A model generated the notes under the pieces. The model saw nothing but the letters and a program-made list of their open reading frames with translations, ran no database searches and had not been told where the DNA came from. Of a stretch of DNA of 64,000 nucleotides, positions 11,671 through 23,699 are shown piece by piece. The stretch lies in the NCBI RefSeq assembly GCF_006345805.1, contig NC_043000.1:129394001-129458000 (forward strand), in the 5' to 3' direction. Each line of letters begins with the position of its first letter. The first letter of the stretch is position 1. The position numbers and the translations under genes are program-made. This DNA is from Octopus sinensis. Its lineage: Eukaryota.

Positions 11671-12285
11671 ATGGCAAGGAGGAACAGGTATTCTGACCTC
11701 AGTGAGTCGGACCTGTCGACTTCGGAGGGGGAACTGGCGAGAGCGGTCAACAGACTTGATATGGCGTTAGAAGGAAAAATGGATTACGCAGGAGTAATGA
11801 AGCCAACAAGCAAAGAGGTTAACCTTGCGAAGTTACTGGACGGCCAAAAATGGTTGAAGAAAGTAGGCGGTGGCGTGGAGCTGTCTCCGCCAAGGAAAAC
11901 GATAAAAAATTTTGAAAGGAAAACCATAACGTAAAAGGTGTTTGCAACAGATAGAAGAAAAATGGAAACAGTGGGAATAGAAACCGTGGAGGAGGCATTA
12001 CGAACAACAGCAGAAAAGGTAATATTCTTGACAAGAGGGAATAATTACGGTACTGTGGTTGTACAGTTCGAATCGGAGGCAGTCGCTAGGAGGATGGCAG
12101 CAAGGACTATTAAAACAGAAAAAGTATTCCTTCTGCGCTTGTATCTGGGAAGGAAGACGACCAAGATCAGGGTGGAAGGAATCCCGCCCGACGTAGAAGT
12201 TGAATGGGTAGTGACAGTCATCCTCATTGATAATTAGGATAAAGTGGACATACTGCAGGCCACGATTACAGATGAAGGCAACTCT
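11671..12285 (+). pseudogene. Decayed gag-like ORF1 of an L1/Tx1-like retroelement, 3'-truncated
   Basis: Track ORFs 11671, 11938 and 12244 share one frame broken by TAA and TAG. NFERKTIT*KVFA..FLTRGNNYGTVVVQFES..LYLGRKTTKIRVEGIPPDVEVEWV aligns with 213-704. Confidence 0.7.
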
Positions 12286-12289
12286 CATA

Positions 12290-12815
12290 TTTATCATACG
12301 TTTTCTTTTTGGCGTTTTATGTCCCCAATGTGTTGTTTGTCTCTTATCTTCGTCAACTCTTTATGGGTAATAAAGAAATCAGAATCGTTAGCACACTGGA
12401 TGGAATGCTTAGCGGTATTTCGCCCTTCGCTACGTTCTGAGTTGAAATTCCGCCGAGGTCGACTTTGCCTTTCATCCTTCTGGGGGGGGGGGGGACGATA
12501 AATCAAGTACCAGTTGAGTACTGGGGTCGATGTAATTGACTTAACCCTCTTTCCATCAAATTTCAGGCCTTGTGCCTATAGTAGAAAGGATTATTATAAG
12601 GTGACAAACTGGCAGAATCGGTAGCACGCTGGGCTAGATGCTTACCGGCATTTCGTCCGTCCATATATTCTGAGCTCAAATTCCGCAGAGGTCGACTTTG
12701 CCTTTCATCCTTTCGGGGTCGATAAAATAAGTACCAGTGAAACGCTGGGGTCGATGTTATCGATTAGTCTCCTACCCCATAATTTCAGGCCTTGTGCCTC
12801 CAGTAGAAAGGATTA
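12290..12815 (+). mobile_element. Family B SINE copies
   Basis: Core consensus at 12430-12545 and 12670-12800. Confidence 0.8.
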
Positions 12816-12950
12816 TTATCATTGTAGCTATTCTTGTTATTTATTACTTTAATAGAACATCTTTTTTGTGTCCAGGTATGTAAATTGGTTTCAAATTTTG
12901 GCACAAGGCCAGAAAGTTCGGGGGGAGGGACTAAATCGATTACATTGACC

Positions 12951-13504
12951 GGGATCTTTTCGGTTTGAACGGCTGTTTTTAACATAATTTCTAGGTTAAC
13001 TAAAAAAATTTTAATTTCGTATACTGGTAGAATGTGTTTATAAAACATCTTTTTCTCTTGGCTTTATTGAGAAAATTCTATAGTTTGTAAGATATTTGGT
13101 CTTTAATTTCTTGCATTTCGGCAATTTCAACCAATCAAAGACCGTCTATTGAGGTGAAAACATTCTGTGCCGTATGAATATGTCCCTCGTTTAAGAAACA
13201 GATTGGGTTTATTTATATTTGTGAAAAAAAAAGATACCCTTCCCCCCACCCCTAACTCTAAATCTAAAATAGATTGAAATGCAATAGATCGATTCTAGGG
13301 TCATAATTATGGGTGACAATTTCATATGACACCGCTAGAAAAACTACCGTTAAATACCAAATATCTTACAAACTATACAATTTTCTCAATAAAGCCAAGA
13401 GAAAAAGATGTTTTATAAACACATTCTACCAGGATACGAGGTTTAAAATCTTTTAGTTTCCTAGAAATTATGTTAAAAACTGATGTTCAAACCGAAAAGA
13501 TCCC
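12951..13504. mobile_element. 554-bp MITE with ~150-bp TIRs, nested in a family B SINE
   Basis: gggatcttttcggtttgaac...aagatatttggt (12951-13100) mirrors accaaatatctt...gttcaaaccgaaaagatccc (13356-13504); attgacc is duplicated on both flanks; the SINE resumes after it. Confidence 0.9.
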
Positions 13505-14334
13505 ATTGACCGTAGTGCTCAACTGGTACTTATTTTATCAACTCCGAAAGGATGAAAGACAAAGTCAACCTCGGCAGGATTTTGAACCCAGAACGTAAAG
13601 ACGGACGAAATGTCGCTTAGCATTTCGCTCTGTGTGCTAACGGCTCTACCAGGTCGTTGCCTTGCTCCGGTCTGCAAATTACATTTAGTCGAGTTCCGCA
13701 AAAAAAAAGATAAATAAATAAAAGAACAAAAAGAAACCTCCAAAAAAACTAAATTCCTATTTGAGTCATATTACTCGGAATTATCACACAAGGAAAAGGG
13801 TTTTTGCATTTAACTCCCGCGACCACTACATGTATGAGGATTCATAGAGACATTTTGAAAACATTTTCTTTGCTACCTGACATTCTATATAAAAAAATAT
13901 CGACTAGAAAGATACGCCCTTTCAGACTACAAAAACATTGTGCAGACAACACAAAAACTGAAAAATACAAACGAAAATACGAACATTAAAAAAAAAACAG
14001 AAATTACGACGCATCTGGTGTTTCTGACACAAGTTTATTTGAAGACTCGCACAACAAAAACAATAACAACAATAGTAACAGACGCGTTTTCACACACAAA
14101 GTCGTAAATATCACGTCAAACGGAAATACTGGACTTACAAAGGTTCCTATTGGAGATGTAAAATTAGTAAGACTGTATTGCGAAAAAGTCTGTCCATTTT
14201 CCCCAAGATTTTCTCCAAACGCAAGAACCGAGCAAGTATGCTTCACGAAAACAAGATTGGCAATTTGTGTGCTATGTAAAAATGAATTGCAGCAGGTACT
14301 GACTGACATATTGGACAGTATTTTGTCTATTAAA

Positions 14335-14640
14335 CCATAAACGTCGCCCTTTTCAAGCCTAGCCAGGCTCATGGGCCCGGTTTCCCGGTTTCTGCGGCGT
14401 ATGTGTCCCCCCGCCCCAGCTGGACGGACGGGACGCCAGTCCATCTCAGCGTTACTCAAAAACAGGAAGAGAGAGTGAGAGAAAGTTGTGGCGAAAGAAT
14501 ACAACAGGGGTCACCACCACCCCCTGCCGGAGCCTCGTGGAGCTTTTAGGTGTTTTCGCTCAATAAACACACACAACGCCCGGTCTGGGAATTGAAACCG
14601 CGAGTCTGCTACCCTAACCATTGGGCCATTGCGCCCCCAT
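14335..14640 (-). mobile_element. SINE family C
   Basis: Reverse complement of the 5725 and 50860 copies. Confidence 0.85.
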
Positions 14641-15079
14641 TTTGTCTATTGACCGGGTTAAAACACGGCGTTACCTGCTTGCTTTCCGGATCATCGACTA
14701 CTGTACTTGACTGGTACTTTACCGACCTCGTAAGGATGAAAGGCAAAGTTAACCTCAGCGAATACTAATAAATATTTTCTATATTAACTAAAAGGGTCTA
14801 AATTTCTCCCAAATTTCAAGTTAATTCGCCGAGATAAAACAGATTGTAATGAGTCGACAAACAGATAAGAAGCGAATGATTTTGTTTATTTCACCAGTGG
14901 AAAAATAGACAGTTAATTTAAACACAAGCCCAGCAAATATTGTGAGGAAGAAATTAGCTGATACCATCGACCTCCAGTATTTAACTAGTACTTTATTTTA
15001 TTGACTTCAGAGAGATGAAAAACATGAAGACATTGAAGGGATTTGAACTTAGAATGTAAAGAGTTGGAAGAATTGTCGC

Positions 15080-15451
15080 AGAAAGGACCCAAACAAGGGA
15101 GACGTTATAGAGAATTTCAGGCTCATCACTCTGCTTAATGCAGAATTGAAGATTTTGGCCAAGGTGTGAGCCAAGAGGTTAGCATTTGTTATGGACAAGC
15201 TGGTTGGCGAGGCGCAAACATGCGTCATCCCAACCAGGAGTATTCACGATGACCTCTATCTTAAGCGCTACATCATAGGGAGGGTGGGTAACGAAGCTGG
15301 CATGGGTGAGGCTTTGATCAATTTAGATTAATCTAAAGCCTTTGGCAGAGTCGACCATCATTACTTGGCAGCTGTCGTCAAGGCAACCGGTTTCGGTCCA
15401 GTCTTCCTCTGTTGGATCGCTGCTTTGTACAGCGGCATCTGCTCGGTTGTT
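15080..15451 (+). pseudogene. L1/Tx1-like LINE reverse transcriptase fragment (N-terminal RT motifs)
   Basis: RKDPNKGDVIENFRLITLLNAELKILAKV*AKRL..AQTCVIPTRSIHDDL..LINLD*SKAFGRVDH..LYSGICSVV; two in-frame stops. Confidence 0.9.
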
Positions 15452-16128
15452 CCCTTGATGGCTAGTAATAAGGAGTTACCCTGTTGATCGGAGGCAGAGG
15501 GCTCCCTCGTTGGTTTATAATAGAGGGCGGGCACCCTCGTCGAATTGTCTTCTCCATGCCTGTCCTAACAGTGTCCTACTTTCTAACTTGTTTACAATGC
15601 TCTACATGTCTAACCTAGAAATTATATTCCGCAGATAACAATGCTTCTCTCTTTGCAGTATACAAAAGCAAAGTTCCTTCATTCGTCATTCATTGCTCTA
15701 TATTAAAATATCATTTTCACCCCGAAGCAGTCACCAGAAAAGTCCATAACATTCGAAAAACAACAATAGTTTGTCACTCACTCACTCACTCTGCGCTTTC
15801 TTCATGCTCCTCATTATTTTTCTTATTCTCGTCTACTTTCTCTCAGAATCAAAAAAAAAAAAAAAAAAAAAACCCAAACAAACAACAAAAATACACCAAC
15901 AACACAAGACGAAACAAACACAAAGCAAAAACGGTATATCATAGAATATAGTTAAATTCCCGCCCACGAGTCAGCACTCCTTTTCGATTTCTGCTCGAAA
16001 CCATTTCAGTTAATTTATGCCATTAATGCTCTTTGATAAAAACAGACAAAAAATCTCAGAAAAGAGAGAAACGTTAATGTTTCTATTTTTCCTCTCACAG
16101 AAACCTTAATCTTAGTGTCTGTAAAGTA

Positions 16129-16129
<1 letters not shown>

Positions 16130-16198
<69 letters not shown>

Positions 16199-16200
16199 TA

Positions 16201-16232
<32 letters not shown>

Positions 16233-16430
16233 TATCATTATTATATTATTTATCATTATTATTATTTATCATTATTATTATTTATCATTATTATTATTTA
16301 TCATTATTATTAATTATCATTATTATTTATCATCATTATTATTTATCATCATCATTATTATTTATCATTATTATTATTTATTACTTTTATTATTTATTAC
16401 TTTTATTATTTATCATTATTATTATTGATG
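16130..16430. repeat. (ATT)n/(ATC)n microsatellite
   Basis: Direct reading. Confidence 0.97.
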
Positions 16431-16851
16431 TTGATGATGGAATATTGTATTGGAATTCAAAACCAGGGTGCGTTTTATTGACTAAGTACATATGATCGCG
16501 AGTGCAAGATTCAAGATTATGCCTGTCAATCGGTACAGACAAAATGCTATGTATATATATATATATATATTTATGCAAGATGTATGTAAGCCTATCTATC
16601 TATCTATCTAATTTGTGTATGTATGCATATATGTATGTGCACGTGTGTATGTATGCGTGTATTTGGATATAAACACACACGCCGCATTATATAAATACGT
16701 CTAATGAATGTATTTATATGTAATCGTTAAAGTTTCGTGTGTTTACACATGATTATTACTAAGATAACCACGTGCCTGCGCACGCACACCTATACAAATA
16801 CACTTATATATAAACACTTAAGTATACTTCTGATATCACCCCACCCTCTCC

Positions 16852-16887
<36 letters not shown>

Positions 16888-17269
16888 ATATACACAAATA
16901 TTTATTTATGTACACATATTTATTTATGTGTAAAGTGGTATAGTCTGATAATGGTCATACATCGTACCTACAAGTTTCATACTTAGCATATATCAAGTAA
17001 TCACCCGGCGAGAAAATTAACCAATTGTAATGTATCCACACCATATATGTGTCATTACGTTGGCCTGGCATTTGGTTAAAAACTGGAAAGGGACAAATCT
17101 TATTCGATGTGAATATTGTCAGGGGTGAATTATTTACTTCGAGTGGTTAGAAGTAGTCGAGATAAAGGAGTTAAAAATGTACGACTAAGAAAGAGAAGAG
17201 AGGGAATAAAATCTGCTACATGGAAATGAGTAAGTTAAATAGTTGAAAATATAAAATAAACAAATGCGC

Positions 17270-17562
17270 CCTTTTAAAGCCTAGCCAGGCTCATGGGCTC
17301 GGTTTCCCGGTTTCTATGGCGTATGTGTTCCCCAGCTGGATGGGACGCCAGTCCATCGCAGCGTTACTTATTTTTGCCAGCTGAGTGGACTGGAGCAACA
17401 TGAAATGAAGTGTTTTGCTCAAGAACACAACGCGTCGCCCGGTCCAGGAATCGAAACCTGATGTAGACGCTATCAGATACATACGTAGCGGCATTTCGTC
17501 GTTTCTCCTTTCGGTGTTGATCATGATGCTGACACCCTAACCACTTAGCCACGCGCCTCCAC
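17270..17562 (-). mobile_element. Composite SINE: CORE-like tRNA head with family C tail
   Basis: The tail matches family C (14335-14460); body and head match the 2100-2240 type. Confidence 0.7.
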
Positions 17563-17849
17563 AGTTGAAAGTATAAAGCATCAAATATTCATTTCAAATT
17601 TTAACACAAGGACTACAATTTCGCGGGACGGGCTAAATCGATAACATTGACCCCAGTGTTCGACTGGTATTTATTTTATCGACCTCAAAAGCATGAAAGG
17701 CAAAGTTGCTCTCGGCAGCATTTCAACATCGGAAATAAAAACGACGAATTGCCGCTAAGCATTTTGCTCTGCGTGCTAACGTTTCGGCCAGTCCACCGCC
17801 TTGTAAGGCATCAAATATTAACTACGTATGCATTTGATAGCGTCTACAT

Positions 17850-18096
17850 CAGGTTTCGAAACCGGGGTTCATATCGTTCTTAAGGGTCTATATAATATTT
17901 TGTTAAAATTTATGTGCAATAAATTGGTCATATTGTAACAATGCATGAAATATTTTCAATTTTTAAACTTAATTCCTAATAATATTTAATTATAAATATA
18001 CGGCAAGATTTTTTAATATACAATGAAGGCTATAGAAGTCCAACAGTAAAAGAGGAATAAAAAGGGCCCATAAGCAAAAATGGTTGAGAACCACTG
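17850..18096. mobile_element. hAT (Charlie-like) MITE
   Basis: Right end ggttgagaaccactg; degenerate left end caggtttcgaaacc; 8-bp flanks gtctacat (17842-17849) and gtctacac (18097-18104). Confidence 0.65.
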
Positions 18097-18179
18097 GTCT
18101 ACACATTGCAAGATTTTAGCTGGTCTCCTCCGAGATTGCTATTCATTGCTGCCTGTCGGTTGTTAAATCAGTGGAAAGT

Positions 18180-18581
18180 ACATTACTGAACCAAATAATA
18201 ATCTCGTTCCTCCATTCTCCTGTACATCAAAATGACAGGATTTGGCTAAATTTGTCATTGGCCAGCTGGAACACTATCATTAATCTCCAATCGTATTAGC
18301 AATGGCGTCAACGAGGTGGATAACTTAATCCATTCTTCTTCCCCCCCTACCAAAAGCCATCGACATTAGATCCAATAAAAGCTGCTATGTTGGACATCAG
18401 GATATCCAATCAAGATTCAAGCTATCCACCTCGTTGACACCATTGCTTGCATGATTGGAGATTAAGGATAGTGCTCCAGCTGGCCAATGACAAATGAAGC
18501 CAGATGCTCAGGAACGATGCTGTCGGTTTCATGTTGTACAAGAGAATGGAGGAGCGAGATTGGCATTTGGTTCAGTAATGT
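18180..18581. repeat. Long imperfect inverted repeat (foldback)
   Basis: Arms about 18180-18330 and 18414-18581 are reverse complements, e.g. tttgtcattggccagctggaacactatc / gatagtgctccagctggccaatgacaaa. Confidence 0.9.
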
Positions 18582-19872
18582 AGTTTGTTAATCGGTATCT
18601 TGCACAAGTGATAAGGCACCGCTTTGACTCCCGAGGAAGAAGCATGCTTCACAGCAATAGATGAGTGCACCCCCGGTTCCATAGGAGAGAGTAGAATTGC
18701 ATAAAAGCAGAAGTAGCTTAGTTAATGTAATGAGAGGTCTTTTGTAGCTCTGGACCGGTTGGCAGAAACGAGGACTCGAAACATACTAAGTTGTTCCTCC
18801 TTCAAGATGCTGAGCATCCAGAACCTACGAAAATATAATTGTTTATCTGACGTTAAAATTTCCAATGTGATGCATGTCTGTGCATATGTATCTATTCATG
18901 TGATACTAATTGCAGTTCATTCTATGATGAAGCGAGTAATGTCATACACTCAGTATAATTGTGAACGGTGATTTAGATCTAGTATTTCAACACCATATTG
19001 TAGTATCCTTGACGTTCGTGGTTAGCCTTTATCACGTTGAACAACTTAGGCGACTTACCGTCTGATTCACGAATCTTTCAGAGGCTTGTCAATGCAATAC
19101 AGCAAAATCAATAGCGAAGTCAACAAAAGTAATGATTTTCGGCTGTGAAAAGACATGTCTAAAACATCGGTGAACAGCTGGTGCATCAATGAGTGTATTA
19201 TTATAAAATACAGTGGGGTCAAGAGTATTTGTTAGCAGATAAAAATTGAAGAAATATATAGAAATAATCTGATTATTCTTGATAAATAGTTAAGTGCTGA
19301 TACATTTTGCTGCATGGAAACGAACATGAGAAGACAAAAGATTTGAAAATGTTTAAAAGTGTATTTTATTAACAATAATAAAAAGGGAAACGGGGACGGT
19401 GTGCGCTTGTTTCTGGTAAATAATAGTTAAACAGTAGGGTTATGCACTTCAAGAGGTGCTTGTCGAAGTGGTTACATTTTGTGGCGATTGCAGATCTGAT
19501 AATTTTTAGAGTGTGCAGATTTATATGAATTTTAAATCTGCCGAGGATTTCTCTCTTTATGTTCAAAGCAGTGCCATTTTCAACAAACTCTAGGCATAAT
19601 TATATAGCTTTGTTTTATTCTTTTTTTCTATATTTCTCAAGGAAGTAGAATGATAGCAGTATCCTTGTTAAAATATGCCTTCTATCGTAATAGTGTTTAC
19701 ACAAGATTTTAAGGATTGGTGGATGTGACATCTGATTCATACGCACACACATACATACTCACGCTTGCGCGCGCGTGCTCTTTGGCGCATATGTATATAG
19801 TTGCTTCAACATTGTATGACTTATGACTGCATGCATTTTCATATCTTCATGTACACTTGTCCTGAGTTAAAA

Positions 19873-20270
19873 AGGCGGCGAGCCGGCAGAAACGTTAGCA
19901 CTCCGGGCGATATGCTTAGCGGTATTTCGTCTGCCGTTACGTTCTGAGTTCAATTTCCACCGAGGTCGATTTTGCTTTTCATCCTTTCGGGGTCGATAAA
20001 TTAAGTACCGGTTATGCACTGGGGTCGATATAATCGACTTAATCCGTTTGTCTGTCCTTGTTTGTCCTCTCTGTGTTTAGCCCCTTGTGGGTAGTGAAGG
20101 AATAGGTATTTCGTCTGCCGCTACGTTCTGAGCTCAAATTCCGCCGAGGTTGACTTTGTCCTTCATCCTTTCGGGGTCGATAAATTAAGTACCAGTTGCG
20201 TACCGGGGTCGATCTAATCGACTGGATCCCTCCCCTAAAATTTCGGGTCTTGTGCCTAGAGTAGAAAAGA
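19873..20270 (+). mobile_element. Dimeric family B SINE
   Basis: Head at 19873, first core and tail, second core from about 20105, ending gtgcctagagtagaaaagaat. Confidence 0.9.
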
Positions 20271-20825
20271 ATTTGTTAAGTTTGCATGTTGGTAGTACAA
20301 CTGTAATTCTATGGCATAGTTTTCTGTAGCAGTAGTTCATTGAAAAATGCATATTTATTACAATTTTACTTACTTTAACGAGAAAAGATGTGTAAACTAG
20401 ATAATGTTGCGGTGTTCCATACTACTGAATGATGGGTTGGGGTGGTTTAAGAGTACATGATATCCTAATTTCCACACATACACATTATATATACATGATG
20501 GCTGTCTACTCGTTAGATGAGCATGACCATCGCTAATGTGTTGAGGTGTTAAGTGTCAGCAATGCCCGCGCAAAAGTTTTAAATCGATTGCAGCTTGCAC
20601 AACACCACAACGACTCCCACTAAAATACCATGAAGTTCAGAGACAAGCAAAGTGTAAGATATCCGGGTCAGTTGAAGAGTGGGTTTTATATACTAGTTAA
20701 CCTCTCCAAGAAGAATGCCTTGACAAAGATCAGGAGACCCTCATTTCCAGTGAGCTTACTGTGCTTTTGGACACAAACTTGAGTTTTTCTACGTCCTAGC
20801 AATTACATGCATGCATACATACATA

Positions 20826-21180
20826 AATATCCGGGTGTTGGTGGTTTGTCAGGTAGTTTGGGAGGAATTTGTTCCGGTGTCATTTAAATACTATGGAGGA
20901 ATTTTCTTCTTTCATTTGTGTCGGAATAGCATTGAATAAAACTGGACCAATCGAGGAATAACCCCTCCCCCAGCTATATAGCAATGTTGTTATGCGATGT
21001 GAACTCGATTTTTGTGGGGACCGTAAGGCGCAGGTGCCCAACCTTGTGTGGTTTGTAAACTTGGACAATATTGATGGGATATTTTCCACATAGTACAAAT
21101 AATATTGTGCTCGAGAGGGTTTCGGTGAGAATAGTCTTAGCTTTTTAAGGCGATTCCAGTAACCAAAGTCTGTCATATTA
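20826..21180 (-). pseudogene. CR1/L2-like LINE 3' end
   Basis: MTDFGYWNRLKKLRLFS..IGPVLFNAIP..VFK, then ..LPDKPPTPGY and an (ATGT)n tail. Confidence 0.75.
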
Positions 21181-22519
21181 GTTATTAATTATTTTTGTAA
21201 TTTGCCTCTAGGGTGCAGCAGTTCTGGTACTGTTTCGTTTCGTGTAGAAAAACGAAAGCAAGAAACAATACTCAAATCGAGAACGAGTAAAAGTAGAGAA
21301 AAGAAGGTTGGCGGCATCAGGATCATTTGGCTGTAAGTTTTAAGATTCTAAGAACACATTCTGCAGGCAATATCGACCTAATTGTTGATGTGTGCACTTT
21401 AGCTTAGGTAAGTCGACATTGTGTATTTATTTACAATATACCATATATTTATACTGTTTGATACATTTATGTATATATACATGTATTATATGTACACATA
21501 CATACGCATGCATAAATGAAAGTAATTATATTACAGATTTTAGGCGTTTGGAGGTAAATCTTCAAATATAAGTGAATAGATCGTGTTCTCTCTTAGTAAA
21601 AAGAAAAAAGAGCGATTGCTTCGGCATATTTCACGGTCCATTGACAATCATCAGAAATTAGGTATTCCCCTTTCCACTACCACCGCAGAAGAGACGACGC
21701 TTAAAATAATAATAAAAAAAAAACTTAAAAACTAGTTACTATAAATTCATTTAGGTTGTTTCTGTGCACTCTGTGTGTGCATAAATATTTTTAATTATTT
21801 AATCATGCAACCGAAAAATACATGACGTGCAAATTTATCTAGTAGATACAACTAAGTTCAAACTTGTGTCTGACTTCAATAGCGATTTCTTATAAGCTCT
21901 CCGCGTAGTCAGAAAAATACGATTAACTTATCTTCTGATGAAAGAACAACGAATCGTGAAACATGTCAAGGCTATTACCTACACTTTTTCTGAAGAAGAA
22001 AGAGCTACAACAAGTATTTGCATCTGTTTAAATTTCCAGTTCAACTACTTTAAACTCATCTTAGGCTTTCTAATGTACACTGCGTTGGTATATGTGTTTA
22101 TAGTCTGCGCGCGCACGCACATACATATTTATTTGCATTCATATGTATTAGTATATCAGTTATGCATAATCTTTAACACACACACACACACACACAGCGT
22201 GAAATTTTTTAGACACGTCTACGAAAACCATATCTGAAACATATGTAGAGCTACTTAATAAGATGCCTTGAATATGTTAAACAATCTTCCATGTACATCG
22301 AATTAAAAATAAACATTAATAGTCTCTTTTAATGTGATTAATCGGTATTCGTATATACCGTGTGAATATAGGATAGAAGCAATGATTTTTGACTTAATAA
22401 ATGTCCTCATGAATAACCAATTTGCATACAAGTTAAATTTATCATTAAAGGTCAACAATTTATTCTACAAAAGTATTTTTTCTTAAATTTTGACCAAGTA
22501 ATATATAAACAAAAATTAG

Positions 22520-22760
22520 GAACATACATACATACTTACTTACTTACTTACTTACTTGCATGCATGCATACATACATACATACATACATACATACATACA
22601 TACATACATACATACATACATACATACATACATACAAACAAACATATCCGGGTGTTGGTGGTAGCCCCGTCATACCCAAATTTAGCAATGGTGTGCTTTG
22701 AGATAAAAATATAGGCAGAAACATGGAAACCATTTTGTGTATTACTTGAAGGAAAATTGG
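22520..22760 (-). mobile_element. Short 3' stub of the same CR1/L2-like family with a long (ATGT)n tail
   Basis: atatccgggtgttggtgg is shared with 20828; the tail is a microsatellite. Confidence 0.65.
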
Positions 22761-22799
22761 GTAAGATATTTAAATTAATGTTTTATCTTATGAGAAGAA

Positions 22800-23260
22800 G
22801 GTCTGGATAGACATTCTGAATAATATTGACACTAACATTCAGATTACTAGGGTGTACAACAAGGATAGGTTAGCCTTTTTAGATATATTAATTGTAGAAC
22901 ACAGAATAGGATTAAGACGGATGTATATTATAATAAACCAATAGATTCAAGTTAACATTATTTTTCACTTAACGCCATCTGAAGTACACGAGAACCAATA
23001 TCTTATACAATTTAGCTGAAAGAATAATACCATAGCATCAAATCCAAACATTGGCGAGAAAAGACTAAATGAACTAAAAGATGTTGTAACTGGAAGACGA
23101 TATCCACCATCATTTATTATTGACGCAATAGAAAGAGTAGCTGCGACTGATATCTGATTTAAAGACTGTAATAACCAAAGCAGAAACAAATGTTTTCCCG
23201 TACATTTTAACGCTATAAATGTATGTAGTTAATCTTTCATATAGTTAATCAAAATTTACC
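22800..23260 (+). pseudogene. Penelope-like element RT C-terminal fragment
   Basis: Frameshifted LNNIDTNIQIT..LAFLDILI..IKTDVYYNKPIDS..NILYNLAERI..TIASNP..EKRLNELK..RRYPPSFIIDAIERV. Confidence 0.7.
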
Positions 23261-23300
23261 ACTGTTAAAACATGACCCTAAAATGAAGGGAATGTTAGTT

Positions 23301-23699
23301 ACTCTTTTACTTGTTTCAGTCATTTGACTGCGGCCATGCTGGAGCACCGCCTTTAGTCGAGCAAATCGACCCCAGGACTTATTCTTTGTAAGCCCAGTAC
23401 TTATTCTATCGGTCTCTTTTGCCGAACCGCTAAGTAACGGGGACATAAACACACCAGCATCGGTTGTCAAGCAATGCTAGGGGGACAAACACAGACACAC
23501 AAACATACACACACACATGTATATATACATATATACGACGGGCTTCTTTCAGTTTCCGTCTACCAAATCCACTCACAAGGCTTTGGTCGGCCCGAAGCTA
23601 TAGTAGAAGATACTTGCCCAAGGTGCCACGAAGTGGGACTGAACTCGGAACCATGTGGTTCGTAAGCAAGCTACTTACCACACAGCCACTCCTACGTCT
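23301..23699 (-). mobile_element. SINE family A, near full length
   Basis: Reverse complement of the family A consensus. Confidence 0.9.

Noticed and set aside
21615-21655. Minus-strand CUGAUGA..GAAA spacing
   Set aside because: The cleavage triplet would be AUG and stem I cannot form.
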